Shown: positions 51,063 to 64,000 of the stretch, piece after piece
How the letters are laid out: every line of letters starts with the position of its first letter
Numbering within the stretch: the first letter of the stretch is position 1
NCBI GenBank assembly: GCA_965287045.1
Contig: OZ336889.1
Coordinates: 44,392,001-44,456,000, forward strand
Source of the DNA: Carcharhinus amblyrhynchos
Taxonomy: Eukaryota
Length of the DNA stretch: 64,000 nucleotides
Direction: 5' to 3'
Program-made: the position numbers and the translations under genes
Notes under the pieces: generated by a model
Told to the model about the DNA's origin: nothing
What the model saw: the letters and a program-made list of their open reading frames with translations, nothing else
Databases searched by the model: none

Positions 51063-52369
51063 ATCATTATACCATCATCGCGACTAATGTTCTGTTATTC
51101 TCTCTCTTCCCCTGAAAAACAATTAATGGTAACATTCTAAAAGGAATTAAATAGTGAGATTATATCATTGTGATATTCTGCACATTTTATTTAAAGTCAG
51201 TGACATCCAGGCGCAACAAGGAGACGATGGATGACATTAAATGGAGTAATATTGCAATATTTTTTAATGGACTGAGTTACATTCTGGTATTGCGATGAAA
51301 GGGCAGAACTGCGAATACAGATTACAAAAATACATTAAAGGGCAGACAGTTCTTAACCTCCTGGTTCCAAAATTTCAGGACAAACGCTGTCACTGTCCCA
51401 ATTTTTAATACACTAGATGCAATGCAAGTTCTGGTACAGCTGGTCATTTTTTAGTAAGCTCACCGATTATTTTAATTGGCCTATAATGATTATACTGAAG
51501 CAGGCGCTTTACTAACAAGTCACCCAAATGCATTTTCAGTGACTCAAACCAGTTCAGGACCAAGTCTGTTTTTTTTATATAATTCCTCTTCACACGAATA
51601 ACAAAGTCGATAGGTCACCCCTTTGATGCGTCGTTGTTTTATTTCTTCAGTTAGATATGGGCTTGCAAGACATAAATTGTTAAAAGTAGCAAGAAGTTGC
51701 GCAGTTGATAAAAAGTGCAAAAACAAAGGTGCTGGTGCACTTACAGAAGAACAAAACAAAACATTGGGGGATTTCTGAGACTTTTTTAGAATTACACTCA
51801 TCTATGGTCTACATACTTCAAAACTGTTCTTGTAGGATATGAGAAAGTGTAGAAACTATTTACCAGATTTTTACTCGAATTGGGACTATGTAACTATCAG
51901 GAAAATGAATTTGTTGGGTTGTTTTCGCTGAGAAGAGGATGCGGAGGTGTAATAGGCGGGTTTAATGTTAGGAAAAGGTGTGATATGTTAACACACAGAA
52001 AGATTTTCAACTGTGAGTTAGTGTGAAACAGTGAGACATAAAAGAGAAGCGGAGACAGGACGAATATATCATTTATTTGAATGTATAAGTCGGGAATTTG
52101 CTGTGGGCAGGAGAGAGAAAGTGCAAGGTTTTGTTCTCTGATTGGTTGAATAAGACAATATAGATACCTGAGGATCATTCATCACATCATAGAAGCCCTA
52201 CAGCACTGAAAGAGGCCATTCCGCCCATCGAGTCTGCACCAACCGCAATCCCACCCAGGCCCTACCCCTATATCCCTGCATATTTTACCCACTAGTCCCT
52301 CTACACTACCCATCCTAGGACACTAAGAGGCTATTTTAAGCATGGCCAATCGACGTAACCCGCACTGGG

Positions 52370-52945
52370 CTTAAAAATGGGCAAGTCCCCTTGCGGCTTT
52401 ATAGAAGCTTAGTTCGGCCAAACTTGAGGTATAGTGTTCAATGCTGGTCGTCACACTACCAGAAGGACATGGAGGCTTTGGAGAGGGTACAAAAAAATTC
52501 CCAGGATGTTGCCTGGTATGGAGGGCATCAGCAATGAGAAGGGCTTGGAGAAACTTGGATTGTTCCCACTGGAAAGACGGAGGTCGAGGGGTGACCTGAT
52601 AGAAGAGTGTGAGAGACATGGACAGCGCGGATAACCAGATGCCTTTTCCAGGGTGGAAGAGTCAATTACTAGAGGACACATGTTTAAGATTCGACGGGCA
52701 AAGTTTAGAGGAGATGTTGGAGGCAGAATTTTCACACAGAGGGTGATGGGTGCCTGGAACTCGCCGTTCCGGGAGGTAGTGGAAGCAGATACGATAGTGA
52801 CTTTTAAGGAGCGTCTTGTCAAACACATGGATACAACGGGATTAGAAGGATATGGTCCCTGGAGGGTAGGGGGTATTAGTAAAGTCGAGTAGCATGGTCG
52901 GTGCAGGCTTGGACGGCCGAAGGACTGTTCCTACGCTGCAATTTC
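52370..52945 (+). mobile_element. CR1 3' end, unit 4
   Basis: Paralogue of 412-985. Confidence 0.8.
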
Positions 52946-55551
52946 CTTGTTCTTTGCTCCAATAATATAATCCAGAAAAAAATAGAGCATACACTTTTCT
53001 TAGAGTCAAGCTATTTTGGAGTGAAATGAAGAAACACTGCTTCGCGCGCATCATAGTTGACTCGGATGTTTTTCTCATATATCCCCTCATTTCGGTCACA
53101 ACTCATTTTCTCCATTAGACCCATGTTGACCATGTTTCCACTAAATTACTGACCATCGAACTTTGTTTTTTTTGCCCCCACTTTGGTTGATGTCACTACC
53201 TGCTATCTCTCCTCAGATACTGTTCTTACTTTCACACCGATTACAATCAAACTTCTCCTTGAAACCAGCCTTGTTCCTCTTTCCTTGTAAGCTACTACCG
53301 ATGTTCAGATAACATTTCCTCTCTAAGCTACTTGAAGATATTACCAACCCCAAATCCATAATATTGTTCCAACAATTCCAGCATTGAATCCCCACAATCG
53401 CATTTCTGCTTCTGCCACAGTACTGATATGTCCCTTATCAAAGTTACATTCTATTCAACTGTAACGACAGCAAACTATTACAGTTTTTTTTTCAGTTTTT
53501 AAGTTTTTTTTGGCAGATTCCTTATCATTGTCAGACGTAGACTTACAGCTATCGGTTGTAATCCAAACTGCAATTACTGCAATGAAGTTATTGTGAAAGT
53601 TTCCTAGTCGCCACACACCGGCACCTGTACGGGTACAATGAGAGAGAATTTAGCATCGCCAAAGCACCTAATCAGCCCATCTTTCGGACTGTGGGAGGCA
53701 ACGGAGCACCCACACAGATATGGGAAGAACGTGCAGACTGTGACCCAAGCCGGGCATCGAAACCGGGTTCTTGGCGCTGTGAGGCAGAAGTTCTAACCGC
53801 CGTGACGCCCTACTGCTTGTTCTTTTTGCATGGGCGTCGGTCTTTGACACGATTCCACACACGATCCAACAAGTCTCCATCGTTCGTCAGTTGCTTGGAC
53901 ATATTCACATGACCTGGTTCTTTAATTATTTATCAGAGAATATCCACAGATTTGTCTGCAATGTCTTCTTTTCCTTCTTCCATGCCAGCAAATCAACGAT
54001 ATGTCCCTGGCTCCATTCTTTTTCCCATCCACATGTTCCCCTTGTCGGCATCATCTCAAAGCACATCAGACTTTTTATGCACTCTGAAAGCACGAAGCTC
54101 TATCTCACCATCGTGTCACAAAGAATTCTACTGTGATGATCAGAAATCTCCTCCAACTATTGGGAAGAACAAATTCGTTGTGCGGCGAGGGCCTCTTTGA
54201 GCCTATTGAGGCCTTTAAGTGACCTATTAAGAATCAGTCAAGTGCATCATCCTGTCCGCACTACAATTATTCGCCTGGTTGGGACCGGACTATGTCAAGA
54301 CAATAATCTAACAGGCGGAGCTCAGTGTTGGTGCCCGGCAAGGGGAACCCCACCAATTCACTCTGTGGGATTTGGAAATCGGCTGCACCAAAGCCCCAAG
54401 AACCTCTGTTATTTGGCCTACATCAGGTCTCATCTTTCGAGACCAGTTGTAATCCGAACTGTCGCCACCGCTCTAACCTACAGAATTGCTGCACCTACGG
54501 TTGGCCGTCAGTCCCCTGAGGTGGTTACTCCTCCGCAGAAGGGTGTGCATGTCTTGCTTATGGCTGATTTCTGCCCCCACCATATATCCAGTGACCGCGG
54601 AGCGCACAGAATGAGCGGGGAAGTGAGTTGGCGGAGCAGACAAACCGACTCTCCCAGAGACCCTGCCCTTGCAACTGGAGGCTCCAGAGAATGTTTGCCT
54701 TGGCTGTAAAGTCCAGATTAGACTCAGTATCAGTGGACAATCGTTTAGGATAGAACAAAGAGAAGTGACGATGGCCAGTTAATCCAAGGCATTCTCTCGC
54801 AATAATCTTTCAATTGTTCTTCGCTTCACATGTAATTTCTATTAATATTTAGAAGAGACTTCCGAATCTTTTCGTCATCATTTAAACTTTTGCATTCCTG
54901 ATCATAAAAAACTGGCTTTGTAACTTTGTGTCCCCAGCTAAAGAAAAACATGTGAACATAGAAAGGATAAACACCTGGTTCCCTCCAAAGGGAAAAACAA
55001 TTGATAAATGACTTAGGAACTTTATATTGAGCTCAGTGCCCAAACATTTCACTGAAGAATACAACACAAAAATACCATTGACCCAGTGTGCTCTTTGAAA
55101 GATCTATCCAAGTAATCGCACTCCAGTGCTCGATTAGCATTTCATGCAAACACCGGTGTCATTAATCTATCCGGTCTTCATCCTGAAGTTATAATTGGAT
55201 CGATTTCCTATGTTCTTCCAGTGAAATTCAGGTCAACAAAGCTCATTGAATATATTTTCATCTGGCACCTTTGGAGGCTCAATTTTCACCCTGTTTCTGT
55301 CTCCACAGATGCTTCCAGACCAGCTGATTTGTTTCCCAAATACTCTGGGGGGTTTTAGTTACTTCTTGCCTTTGGCACTGTGGCACAGTGCTGAACATTG
55401 CTAATTCTCCCTCAGTGTACCCAAACAGGTGCCGGAGTATAACGACTGGGGGATTTCACGATAACTTTATTGCGCTGTTAATGTACGCCTACTCATGACA
55501 CTAATGCACCAATTTGAAATTGTAAAGTTAAACCATAAAAAAACGTACAAA

Positions 55552-56372
55552 GAGTGGGCGACAGTCCGATAGAAATTGAGTCTGGGGAATTTGTCGCAAA
55601 TAAAATGATTGCAGATGAAGAGGACAGGCATTTTGCTTTAGTCTTCATTGTAGAGGATACAAATTGCACCGTAGAAATAGTTGTAGAGCAGGAAATGGAA
55701 GAGAAGGACTCAAGAAAATTATAATGTCATCAAGGACGTTTTTGAAGATGTCGGTTGCTAAGTCCTCAGATCCTGATAGCTTTCACCGAAGGTCTTAAAA
55801 GGAGTGACAAGTGAGACAATTGATAAGTTGGTTTTAATGTTCCAAAATTCCCCAGATTCTGCGGAATTCGTTTGATTGGGAAAAGCGACCGTAATACCTT
55901 AATGCAATAGGAAAAAACGACCTATAACGGTAAATAACACATGTTAGCTGAACAACACCAGTTAGCTGGACATGTGATATATCAGGAAAACGTTAGCAGC
56001 GGTTATTAAGGTTTGATAGCAGGGCACAGGAGTAAACTCACGGTAAGCAGATAGAGCCAATACAGTTTTGTCAAAGGGAAGTCATGTTCAATCAATTTAC
56101 TGGAGTGATTTGAAGAAGTAACAAGCTATGGATAAAGGGGAGCAGGTGGATGTACTGTGTTTTCCAGTAAGCATTTGTTAAGATGTCACAACAAAGACTA
56201 TTGCGGAAAATAAGAGTTTATCGCGTGGGAGCATGGACAGAAAATTTGCGAGCGAATAGGAAACAGAGAGTAGGCAAAAAAGACAATCTTGTGATTCGCA
56301 AGGTGTAAGGGATGGTGTGCTACAGTGATCCGTGCTGTGGCCTCAACTCTTTATAATTTATATAAATAATGG
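55552..56372 (+). mobile_element. CR1 RT fragment, unit 4
   Basis: Paralogue of 2770-3562. Confidence 0.7.
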
Positions 56373-58051
56373 TATGTTTTCAATATGGTACCAGGTATGT
56401 TCTTGCTTTCTGCTACGTTTTACATACGCTCTGATATTCGCCTCTTCTTCCCCCAAATTCCTTCACTCCTGGCCTCTAATTCTCATCTGTAAATATCTCC
56501 GTAAGTGAAAACAAAACTTCTGCCACTGTCGCTTTGGCCTTACTTCACTGTTGTTTTTGGAACCATTCCAGGTGAACGGGCTTTTCTGTAACACGTAAAC
56601 CAATCTGGTCAGGAGGTTCATCATCAATACCACTGCTAACAGCGTGTCACCAATATGGCTGGTCATGTATTGTGCACATGTTTCCCTAATAGCACAAATG
56701 TTTTTGATTTGATTTATTACTATTTTATGTAATACTATACAGCGACAAGTATTCTTTCTTACATGCTTTACCGACAAAGCATACCGTTCATAGAGAAGGA
56801 AAGGAGACAGTGCAGAATGTAGTGCAACAGTCACCGCGAGGGTGTGGAGAAATATCAACTTAATGCGAGTTAGGTCCATTCAAAAGTCTGAGGGCAGCAG
56901 GGAAGAAGCCGTTCTTAACTTGGTTGGTACGTGTCCTCAGACTTCTGTATTTGTACCCGATGGAAAACATGGAGTCACAAATGTATTCAGTAAGGATGGC
57001 AGATTTCCTGCCGGGAATGATGTTAATGAAGCGAATGTTTTTTTTCAGCAATTCAGTAGTTTCATGGTTAACATTAGTATAACTGGTTTTGTTCAAGATT
57101 TATTGCCAGATACCATGATGGGATTTAGAATCATTGCTTGTTCCCGGACTCTGCAATACTAATCCGGCAATTAGTCGCCGGTCTTTGGCGTCCGGCATGC
57201 TTTACAGTGTTGGTTCCTGCTCCCTTGTTTGTGCCTACGCGTGCACCTGTCTTCGAAACGTTTGAAATGCATCATAAAAGTAGGGATCGGATTTACGCTT
57301 AATTTACTAGAGACTGAACACCGAACACAGCAGTGCGGATAACCCTTTGCAGAAATTGTGTTTCTCACTTCAAAAGTGCTGCCAGATCTCCCGAATTTAT
57401 CCTGAATTTTATGTTATAATTGTCATTTCATTCTCCATGCTTGCTATTGGACTATGCACAAGAGATGAAAGAAACCTAAAACGAATTCGAATGAACCTGG
57501 GCGCGTTTTGCGGCTGAACCAGCAGGTGGCAATACTGCAGTTGATATGCCAAGCACAGTATTATTACATGAAGTGGATATGCGGCGAAAAATATCTGAAA
57601 ATATCAATTCCTGGCAAAATACGTGGACACTTGGAAAATAGGGATTCGGACATGAAAGTCGTTTTCAGAATATTCCCATTAGGTATTGTCAATTAATTTG
57701 GATGTTTAATGTGTTCCCATTTTTCATGGTGAATATCCACAATATCAGAAAATCCGAATGATGAGAAGCAGTAAGAATCTAGTGTCACTAAATGTTATAC
57801 TATCACTTCCTTTCCTGCGTCATTCACTAAAGATAATGCTGCCAGCGCCACATTAATGGATCCGAAGTTTCAGAAATTTGATAGGATAAAAATAGACAAA
57901 AAGGGCGCAAATACGAATCATACTATCATATGAATTGGAATGAAGATCATGTCTAAGATCGTGGCTGATGAGATCGTGGGCTCCACCCGACATTCGGTCC
58001 ACCCCTATGCTCTTTGGGTCCCTTTTCAATCAGAAATCTATCGAATTCTGC

Positions 58052-61000
58052 ATTTTTAATGGGATGTGGGCATCGCTGGTGAGACCAGCATTTATTCCTC
58101 ACCGCTAATTACCCTTGAAAAGATGGTGATGAACTGCTTTGTTGAATCAGCGCCGTCCCTGTGGTCTAAGTAAACAATATATCCCCAGGTCAATTTGCGA
58201 ATGACTTGGAGGAGAGTGCTAAGGTGGTGGTGTTCCCACGTGTCTGCTGCCCTTGTCCTTCTGGACGGGAGTGGTGAGATTTTGTAAGGTATGGCCCATG
58301 GACATTGAATGGGTTTTTGCAATGCATCGTGAAGATGGTACTCACTGCTGCCACTGTTCATCGTGAAGGGGGCAGTTTGTGGAAGAGGTGCCAGTCAAGT
58401 TTTGTCCTGGATGATGTGAGCTTCTTGAAAGTTATAGAAGCTGCACTCTCCTGGCGAGTGCAAATATTCCATCACAATACTGACTTGTGCCTCGCAGATG
58501 GTGGACAGGCTTGGGAGTCAGGAAGTGAGACACTTGCAACAGGATTCATGTCCTCTGACCTGCTCTTGGAGCCACCATATTTAAATCTCAAGACAAGTTC
58601 AGTTTCTGGTCAATGGTCGGCCTTAGGAAGTCGACAGTGGCGGCATTACCGTTGAATGTCAAAGGACAATGATTAGTTGTTGATTGGTCATTTCCTGGCA
58701 CTACTTTGTCCCGAAGGATACTTGCCACTTGCCAACCCAAGCTTGGATATTGTCCTGGACTTCCTGCATTTGGACATGGACGGCTGCATTCTCTGAGGGT
58801 GCAGGAATGGTACTGTACACTATGCGATCATCCTCATTGCTGACATTATGATGCAAGGAACGTTATTGATAGAGCAGCTGAAGATAGTTGGGCCTAGGAT
58901 AGCATCTTGGGAAACTCTTGCAGAGAAGTATGCAAATTAGAGGATTGAACTCCAACCACAGCAAGACTCTTCCCCTGTGCCAGGTATGACCCCAGCCAGC
59001 GTAGAAATTTCCCTCTGAATCTAATTGACTCCATTATTCCTCGAGCTCCTTAATTCCACCCGTGCTGCCTTGACGTCAAAGACAGTCACTTCACATCTGA
59101 CATTCAATTACACTTGTCCATGTTTGACTCAAAGTTGTACTGAAGTCAGGCGCTGAGTGACTAACGGAATCCAAACTATGTGTCAGTGAGTAGGTTCCTG
59201 CTAAATTCCTGCCGTTTGATTGCGCTGTTAATGACCCCTTCCATCAACTTGCTGATGATCTGGAGTGGCCTGATGGTTGATGAATAAGGTTAGAAATGCC
59301 CTTCTTTTTGCATAGAGGACATAACTGGGCAATTTTCTGCAATGACGGGTAGATGCCAGTGTAGTAGACGCCCTGAAACAACTTGACAGGCGGGGCGGCA
59401 TGGTCTGGAGCTCAAGTCTTCAGAACTGTGGACAGAATATTTTTAGGGCCCAAAGCCTTTGCAGTGTCCAACAGCGTTCGGGCATTTCTTGGTATCACGT
59501 GGAGCGCATTGTATTGGCTGAAGCTTGAAATCCGCGATGTTGACCATTTCTTTAGAAGGCCAAGATGGATCATCCACTCGGCAGATGTGACAGGAGATTG
59601 TTGCGAAGGCTTTAGCCTTATCTTTTTCACTGATCATTGAGGATAGGCACATCTGTGATGTCTTCTCTTCCAGTGAGTTGTTTAATTATCCACTACCATT
59701 CACGATGGGGTATTCCTGGTAAACAGAGTTCCACAGACTAATGTCTTTTACGGAAAGTGAAATTCTCTTAATCCCCATCTCAACTGGAAAACCTCCTATT
59801 TTAATTCATGTCCCCTCCTTCTAGTCTACTTGGAGGGGAGGCACTTCCTCAGCATTCGCCGTCTCAACTTCCCTCGGGATAGTAGGTGTTTCAGCAGGAT
59901 CACATTGAATTCTCCTAAACTCTAATGGGTACAAGACACAACTCTCCAACCGTTCCCAATATGATATCCCTTTCATCTGAAGGGGGCACCTTTCTCCGAA
60001 TGTTGCTGGTGCTATTGTATCCGTTCTGAGGTACCCGGGCTAACAGGAAAGTACTTTAGATGTGCTCGCGACAAAGCACGACAAATTTGTAGCGAATCTT
60101 CCCTACTTTTATATTCCATCCCACATGCAATAGGTGACAACATTGCATTTGCTTTCCTCATCACTTACAGCTTCATGCTAAAGTTTTGTGAATCACGTTC
60201 CGGAGCACCCAGATCCCCCAGTGCTGCAGACCTTTGCACTCTCATGTCCGTATGAATAATTTGCAGCTTTCCATTCTTCCTGCCAAAGTGGACCAATTCG
60301 CATTTCACCACATTATACTCCACCTGTTTCTTTTTACCACTCACGTAGCCTACCTAAATCCTTTTGGATACCATTAATGCTAACCCCACAATTTACTTTT
60401 CCTCCTGTATTAAAGTCGTGAGAAAAAGTTGCAAACAATTCGTCCCATCATTCATGTCATTTCTATAAATTGATAACAGTTTAGGCCCCAGATGTAATCC
60501 TGTGATACACCGCCGGCTACAGTTTGCCCCTCCCCCCAACAAACAAATGGCTCAGTTACCCCACCTGTCTGTTTCTGTGAGGCAACCAGTCCTCGATTCG
60601 TGATGAACATTATCCCATACATGATGACCTCCTATTTGGCATTTCATAATGTATCTTTGAAACTGTTTCTTATTAAATACGTTTTGGAAATCCAAGTCTA
60701 CAGGTTCCTCTTTATTCACGTTACTGATAAGTTGCTCCAGTAACTATATGAAATTAGCACCGTATGGCTTCATTTATACAAAACCATGTTGGCTCTACAT
60801 AATTGCAAGTGCCATGCCATAACCTTCTCATAGTAGATTTGAGCATTTGACTTTTGACAGATGTTAGGCTAATTGGCTTGTAGTTACATGTTTCAGTTTC
60901 TTTCCTTTCTTGAATAGAGGAGTTCGGTCTGCTATTTCCCGATCTCATAGAATTATAAAATCACTACAATGGAGAAGAACGCCAATCGGCCCTTCGCGTC

Positions 61001-61440
61001 TGCATTTACTCTCCCGAAGGGTATCTTACCCAGCTCTATCATGTCCTAGTGATTTGACAGCCTTTAGTTCTGACCGCTTTCTCAGTAGCATTGACCTGGT
61101 GGTTCTAATTGCTTTATGTTCCTCGCTCCCTTCTCCCTCTTCACCTGTAAGTATTTCTGGGACATTATTTACGTATTCTACAGCCGAGGAAGAGAAAATA
61201 TATCAATTCTTCTGCCATTTCCTCAGTTCGCATAATGGGTTTTCGACGTTCCTTTTCCAGAGTAAGCACACTTATTTTAGTGAGCATTTTCCTTTTTAAA
61301 AGCATGTAGAAATTCTTACATTCTTTTAATATGTCCAGCTAAAATTCTTGCATATTCTTAACTCTCTTTTCTTGTTATTTTCTTGGTCATTTTTCTTCGG
61401 TTTTTATATTCTTCCCAATCTTCAGCTCTGTCACGAGTGG
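58052..61440 (-). mobile_element. L2/CR1 relics, unit 4
   Basis: Paralogue of 5405-8770. Confidence 0.75.
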
Positions 61441-63129
61441 TAAAGTTTTAAACTTTTTCTCCCGCTCGGGCGCAATCATTGGAGATGTTGGGACTTTAAC
61501 ATCTCCATGAAGCAGGCCGGCTTTCTGTCTGATATTTCAGCTGCATACCGTCTTCAGTCAACTTTAACCTAAATTCCTGGCCCTATGCCAATCGTTCTCC
61601 GATTCGGCTCACACACCATGAGGGTGGTTCTTCTCTCGCTCCTGCCGACTCCTTGCGTTAAACTGAAGTCGTGTCTGTCTGTCCCCCTCTCTCCACTCTG
61701 CAGATGTCAAGTCTGTGCATTCCACCCACAGGCAAGGCCTTAAACCTCTCACTCCCTGGGTACTGACTGCACTGCATGATGTGAATCTGAGACATATCCT
61801 TTCAGTAAATACCCTGCGATCTCTTTCAGCCTAACAACTTTAATTACATGCTCCTGATCCCTCTACCTGACCGCCGTTTGGAAATTTTCCCACTGATGGT
61901 AAAAATTTAATATTCCTTCCCCACCCTTCATTCTGTCCACACGGGAGTCAGTAAAATTCCAACAACCGAGTCCAAATGCAAGCAAATATGTTAACCCTTT
62001 TATCTTTGTTAGACCCAACCTCGAGTATTAGTCCAATTCTTGACAATATTCTTCCAAAGTATTTCAGAGCTTTGGAGAGTGTGCAGGAAGGTGTATTAGC
62101 ATGTTTCCAGGATAAAAGTCCTCAGTTAGATGTAAGGACGAGAAACGTGGAGTTGTTCTCCTTAGAGCCGCACAGTAGATTTGATAAAGATGTTCTTAAA
62201 GGTGTTGGATAAAGAAAGTAGGAGCTGCTTCAAATGTCGGGAAGTTTGATCACCAGAAGGCAAACATTTGAAATAACCTGTGAACAGCAACAGGAACAGA
62301 AGAGGGCTGGTGGTGGGTAAATATGTTCCGACTCTTAATGAGCTGGAGACAATTGGATCAAGGGCTCGTGGAAGAGGATTTAACAATCCCTGTCAAAAAG
62401 GCGGAAAGAATGTTGAAAACTGAAGTAAGAGCAAGACAGAAATTCCAGTTCTATCGCTCCTTTACAGAACCGACATGGATGCGATGGGCTGATTGCCCTC
62501 TTTCTGCGATCAACCTTCTCGAATTCTTTATACTGACACAACTGCCTCTGCACCGCGATCGGCAGCTCTCCAGGCGAAGGAATTAATTCATTTCTTCTCG
62601 TTCTCCTCTGTGCGCCTCAGCTGCATAACCAAAATGTTACTTCTCCCAATTGTTCAAGGACACATGGGGTGAAGGTGTCTGACAAGCTGACGTTATCAAC
62701 ATTGAAAGGGCTTGCTTGATTTTGTTTAATTTTTCAAGTGAGGGAGCAATAGAACATTGTACGATGGCTTCTGCAATACTGCCGGGAGGCGGGAGGAGAG
62801 GGTGGTGTTGGGGGGGAGGGTAACCGGTCATCAGAAATCTGATTTTAAAAAACTGCTATTTTCAGCTCATTCCGACGTCGGCAAATGCTTTGAGATTCTC
62901 AAAGTATTGTTTCCTATGACAGAAAATATACCCCTCAAATCAAACAACGAAAGTCATGCGAAAGCTCTGTTCCCTCGAGCATTTCATTTTGCCAAGGCTT
63001 AACTCACTGTGTATGCCGTGGGTTTCCAACACTTGAATAAAGCTGAGTGGGCAGTCTTGGCACCTCAATCACATTCTAGATAGGTCATAAAATGTTTCTC
63101 CAGAATTGTCCATCATTCACTCACTTCAG

Positions 63130-63328
63130 ATAGCTATCTATCTATCTATCTGACTATCTATCTCTATCCATCTGTTTGCCTGTCTATCTATCTATCCATC
63201 TATCGGTCTGTCTGTTTATCCATCCATTCATCCATCTATCTATCTCGCTATTTATCTATCCATCTATCTATCTTTCTTTCTACCTATCTATCTGACTACC
63301 TATCTCTATCCATCTCTCTGCCTGTCTG

Positions 63329-63386
<58 letters not shown>

Positions 63387-63673
63387 GATCTATTTATNNN
63401 NNNNNNNNNNNNNNNNNNNNNNNNNNNNNNNNNNNNNNNNNNNNNNNNNNNNNNNNNNNNNNNNNNNNNNNNNNNNNNNNNNNNNNNNNNNNNNNNNNNN
63501 NNNNNNNNNNNNNNNNNNNNNNNNNNNNNNNNNNNNNNNNTCAATCGATCTATGTATCTATTTCTCTATCTATCTTTCTATCTATCTTTCTGTCTGTCTA
63601 TCTATCTATCTATTTCTCTATCTGTCTATCTATCTATCTATCTGTCTGTCTGTCTACCTATCTATCCATCAAT
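63130..63673. repeat. (TATC)n microsatellite spanning an assembly gap
   Basis: Read directly; the repeat continues on both sides of the Ns. Confidence 0.93.
63398..63540. other. Assembly gap (143 N)
   Basis: Run of n. Confidence 0.99.
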
Positions 63674-64000
63674 CGCGAAAAGCCAAGAAGGAGTATGGCC
63701 TTAGGCCTCTCTGTGCGCACATGACATCTCAACTCACACTTTTCGTCTCTAATTTATTCGCCAAGGACGTTACGTCTATTAAACAGCTTACTGTCCCCAA
63801 CATTTATTTATTGTAATCTGCAGGTTCCAGAGATCAAGACACGATTCATTTAATCTGTTTTATGTTTCACCGCACCGTTTGTTTTTTTGGGGTGGGTATT
63901 GAGGCATCTTACATGCTGTTCTGTAGATTGGGAGATTTATATTTCTTATTTTCCAAAATGGCTGACGTGTTCATTCTGCAAATATCAGACAATACCGAAA

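Larger units (their letters stand above)
35099..51952 (+). repeat. Tandem duplication unit 3 (~16.9 kb)
   Basis: Collinear with units 1-2; shorter because of private deletions near 37155, 42605 and 46834. Confidence 0.95.
51953..64000 (+). repeat. Tandem duplication unit 4 (partial; ends just before the next IgL promoter octamer)
   Basis: Collinear with the other units; the final bases (ctgcaaatatcagacaataccgaaa) match ~11209-11233. Confidence 0.93.

Noticed and set aside
1-64000. CRISPR array, prokaryotic operon, active retrotransposon, or a purely artefactual repeat
   Set aside because: No short regular repeat-spacer structure; all RT remnants are broken; units carry many private substitutions and indels.

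Overview
Vertebrate genomic DNA, not prokaryotic. The window is a head-to-tail tandem array of ~17-18 kb units from a cartilaginous fish, probably a carcharhiniform shark (inferred from the light-chain sequence and shark-type SINE/CR1 relics). Each unit carries one immunoglobulin lambda-type (type II/NS3-like) light-chain gene on the + strand: octamer promoter, leader exon, a germline-joined in-frame VJ exon with no RSS, a ~4 kb intron, and a C exon. Three genes are complete and open (ATG at 11397, 28815, 46043). A fourth promoter begins at the right edge, and the left edge is the 3' flank of a further copy. Spacers are mostly decayed LINEs/SINEs shared by all units, plus a (TATC)n tract in front of each promoter. 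Most notable: differences between copies are almost all non-synonymous, often tandem, and concentrated in the CDRs; the C exons have no synonymous differences; each spacer has one same-orientation CTCF-like motif beside a conserved PU.1/GATA-motif block; and copy 3 has lost a candidate intronic enhancer. All comparisons were made by eye, and transposon boundaries are approximate.
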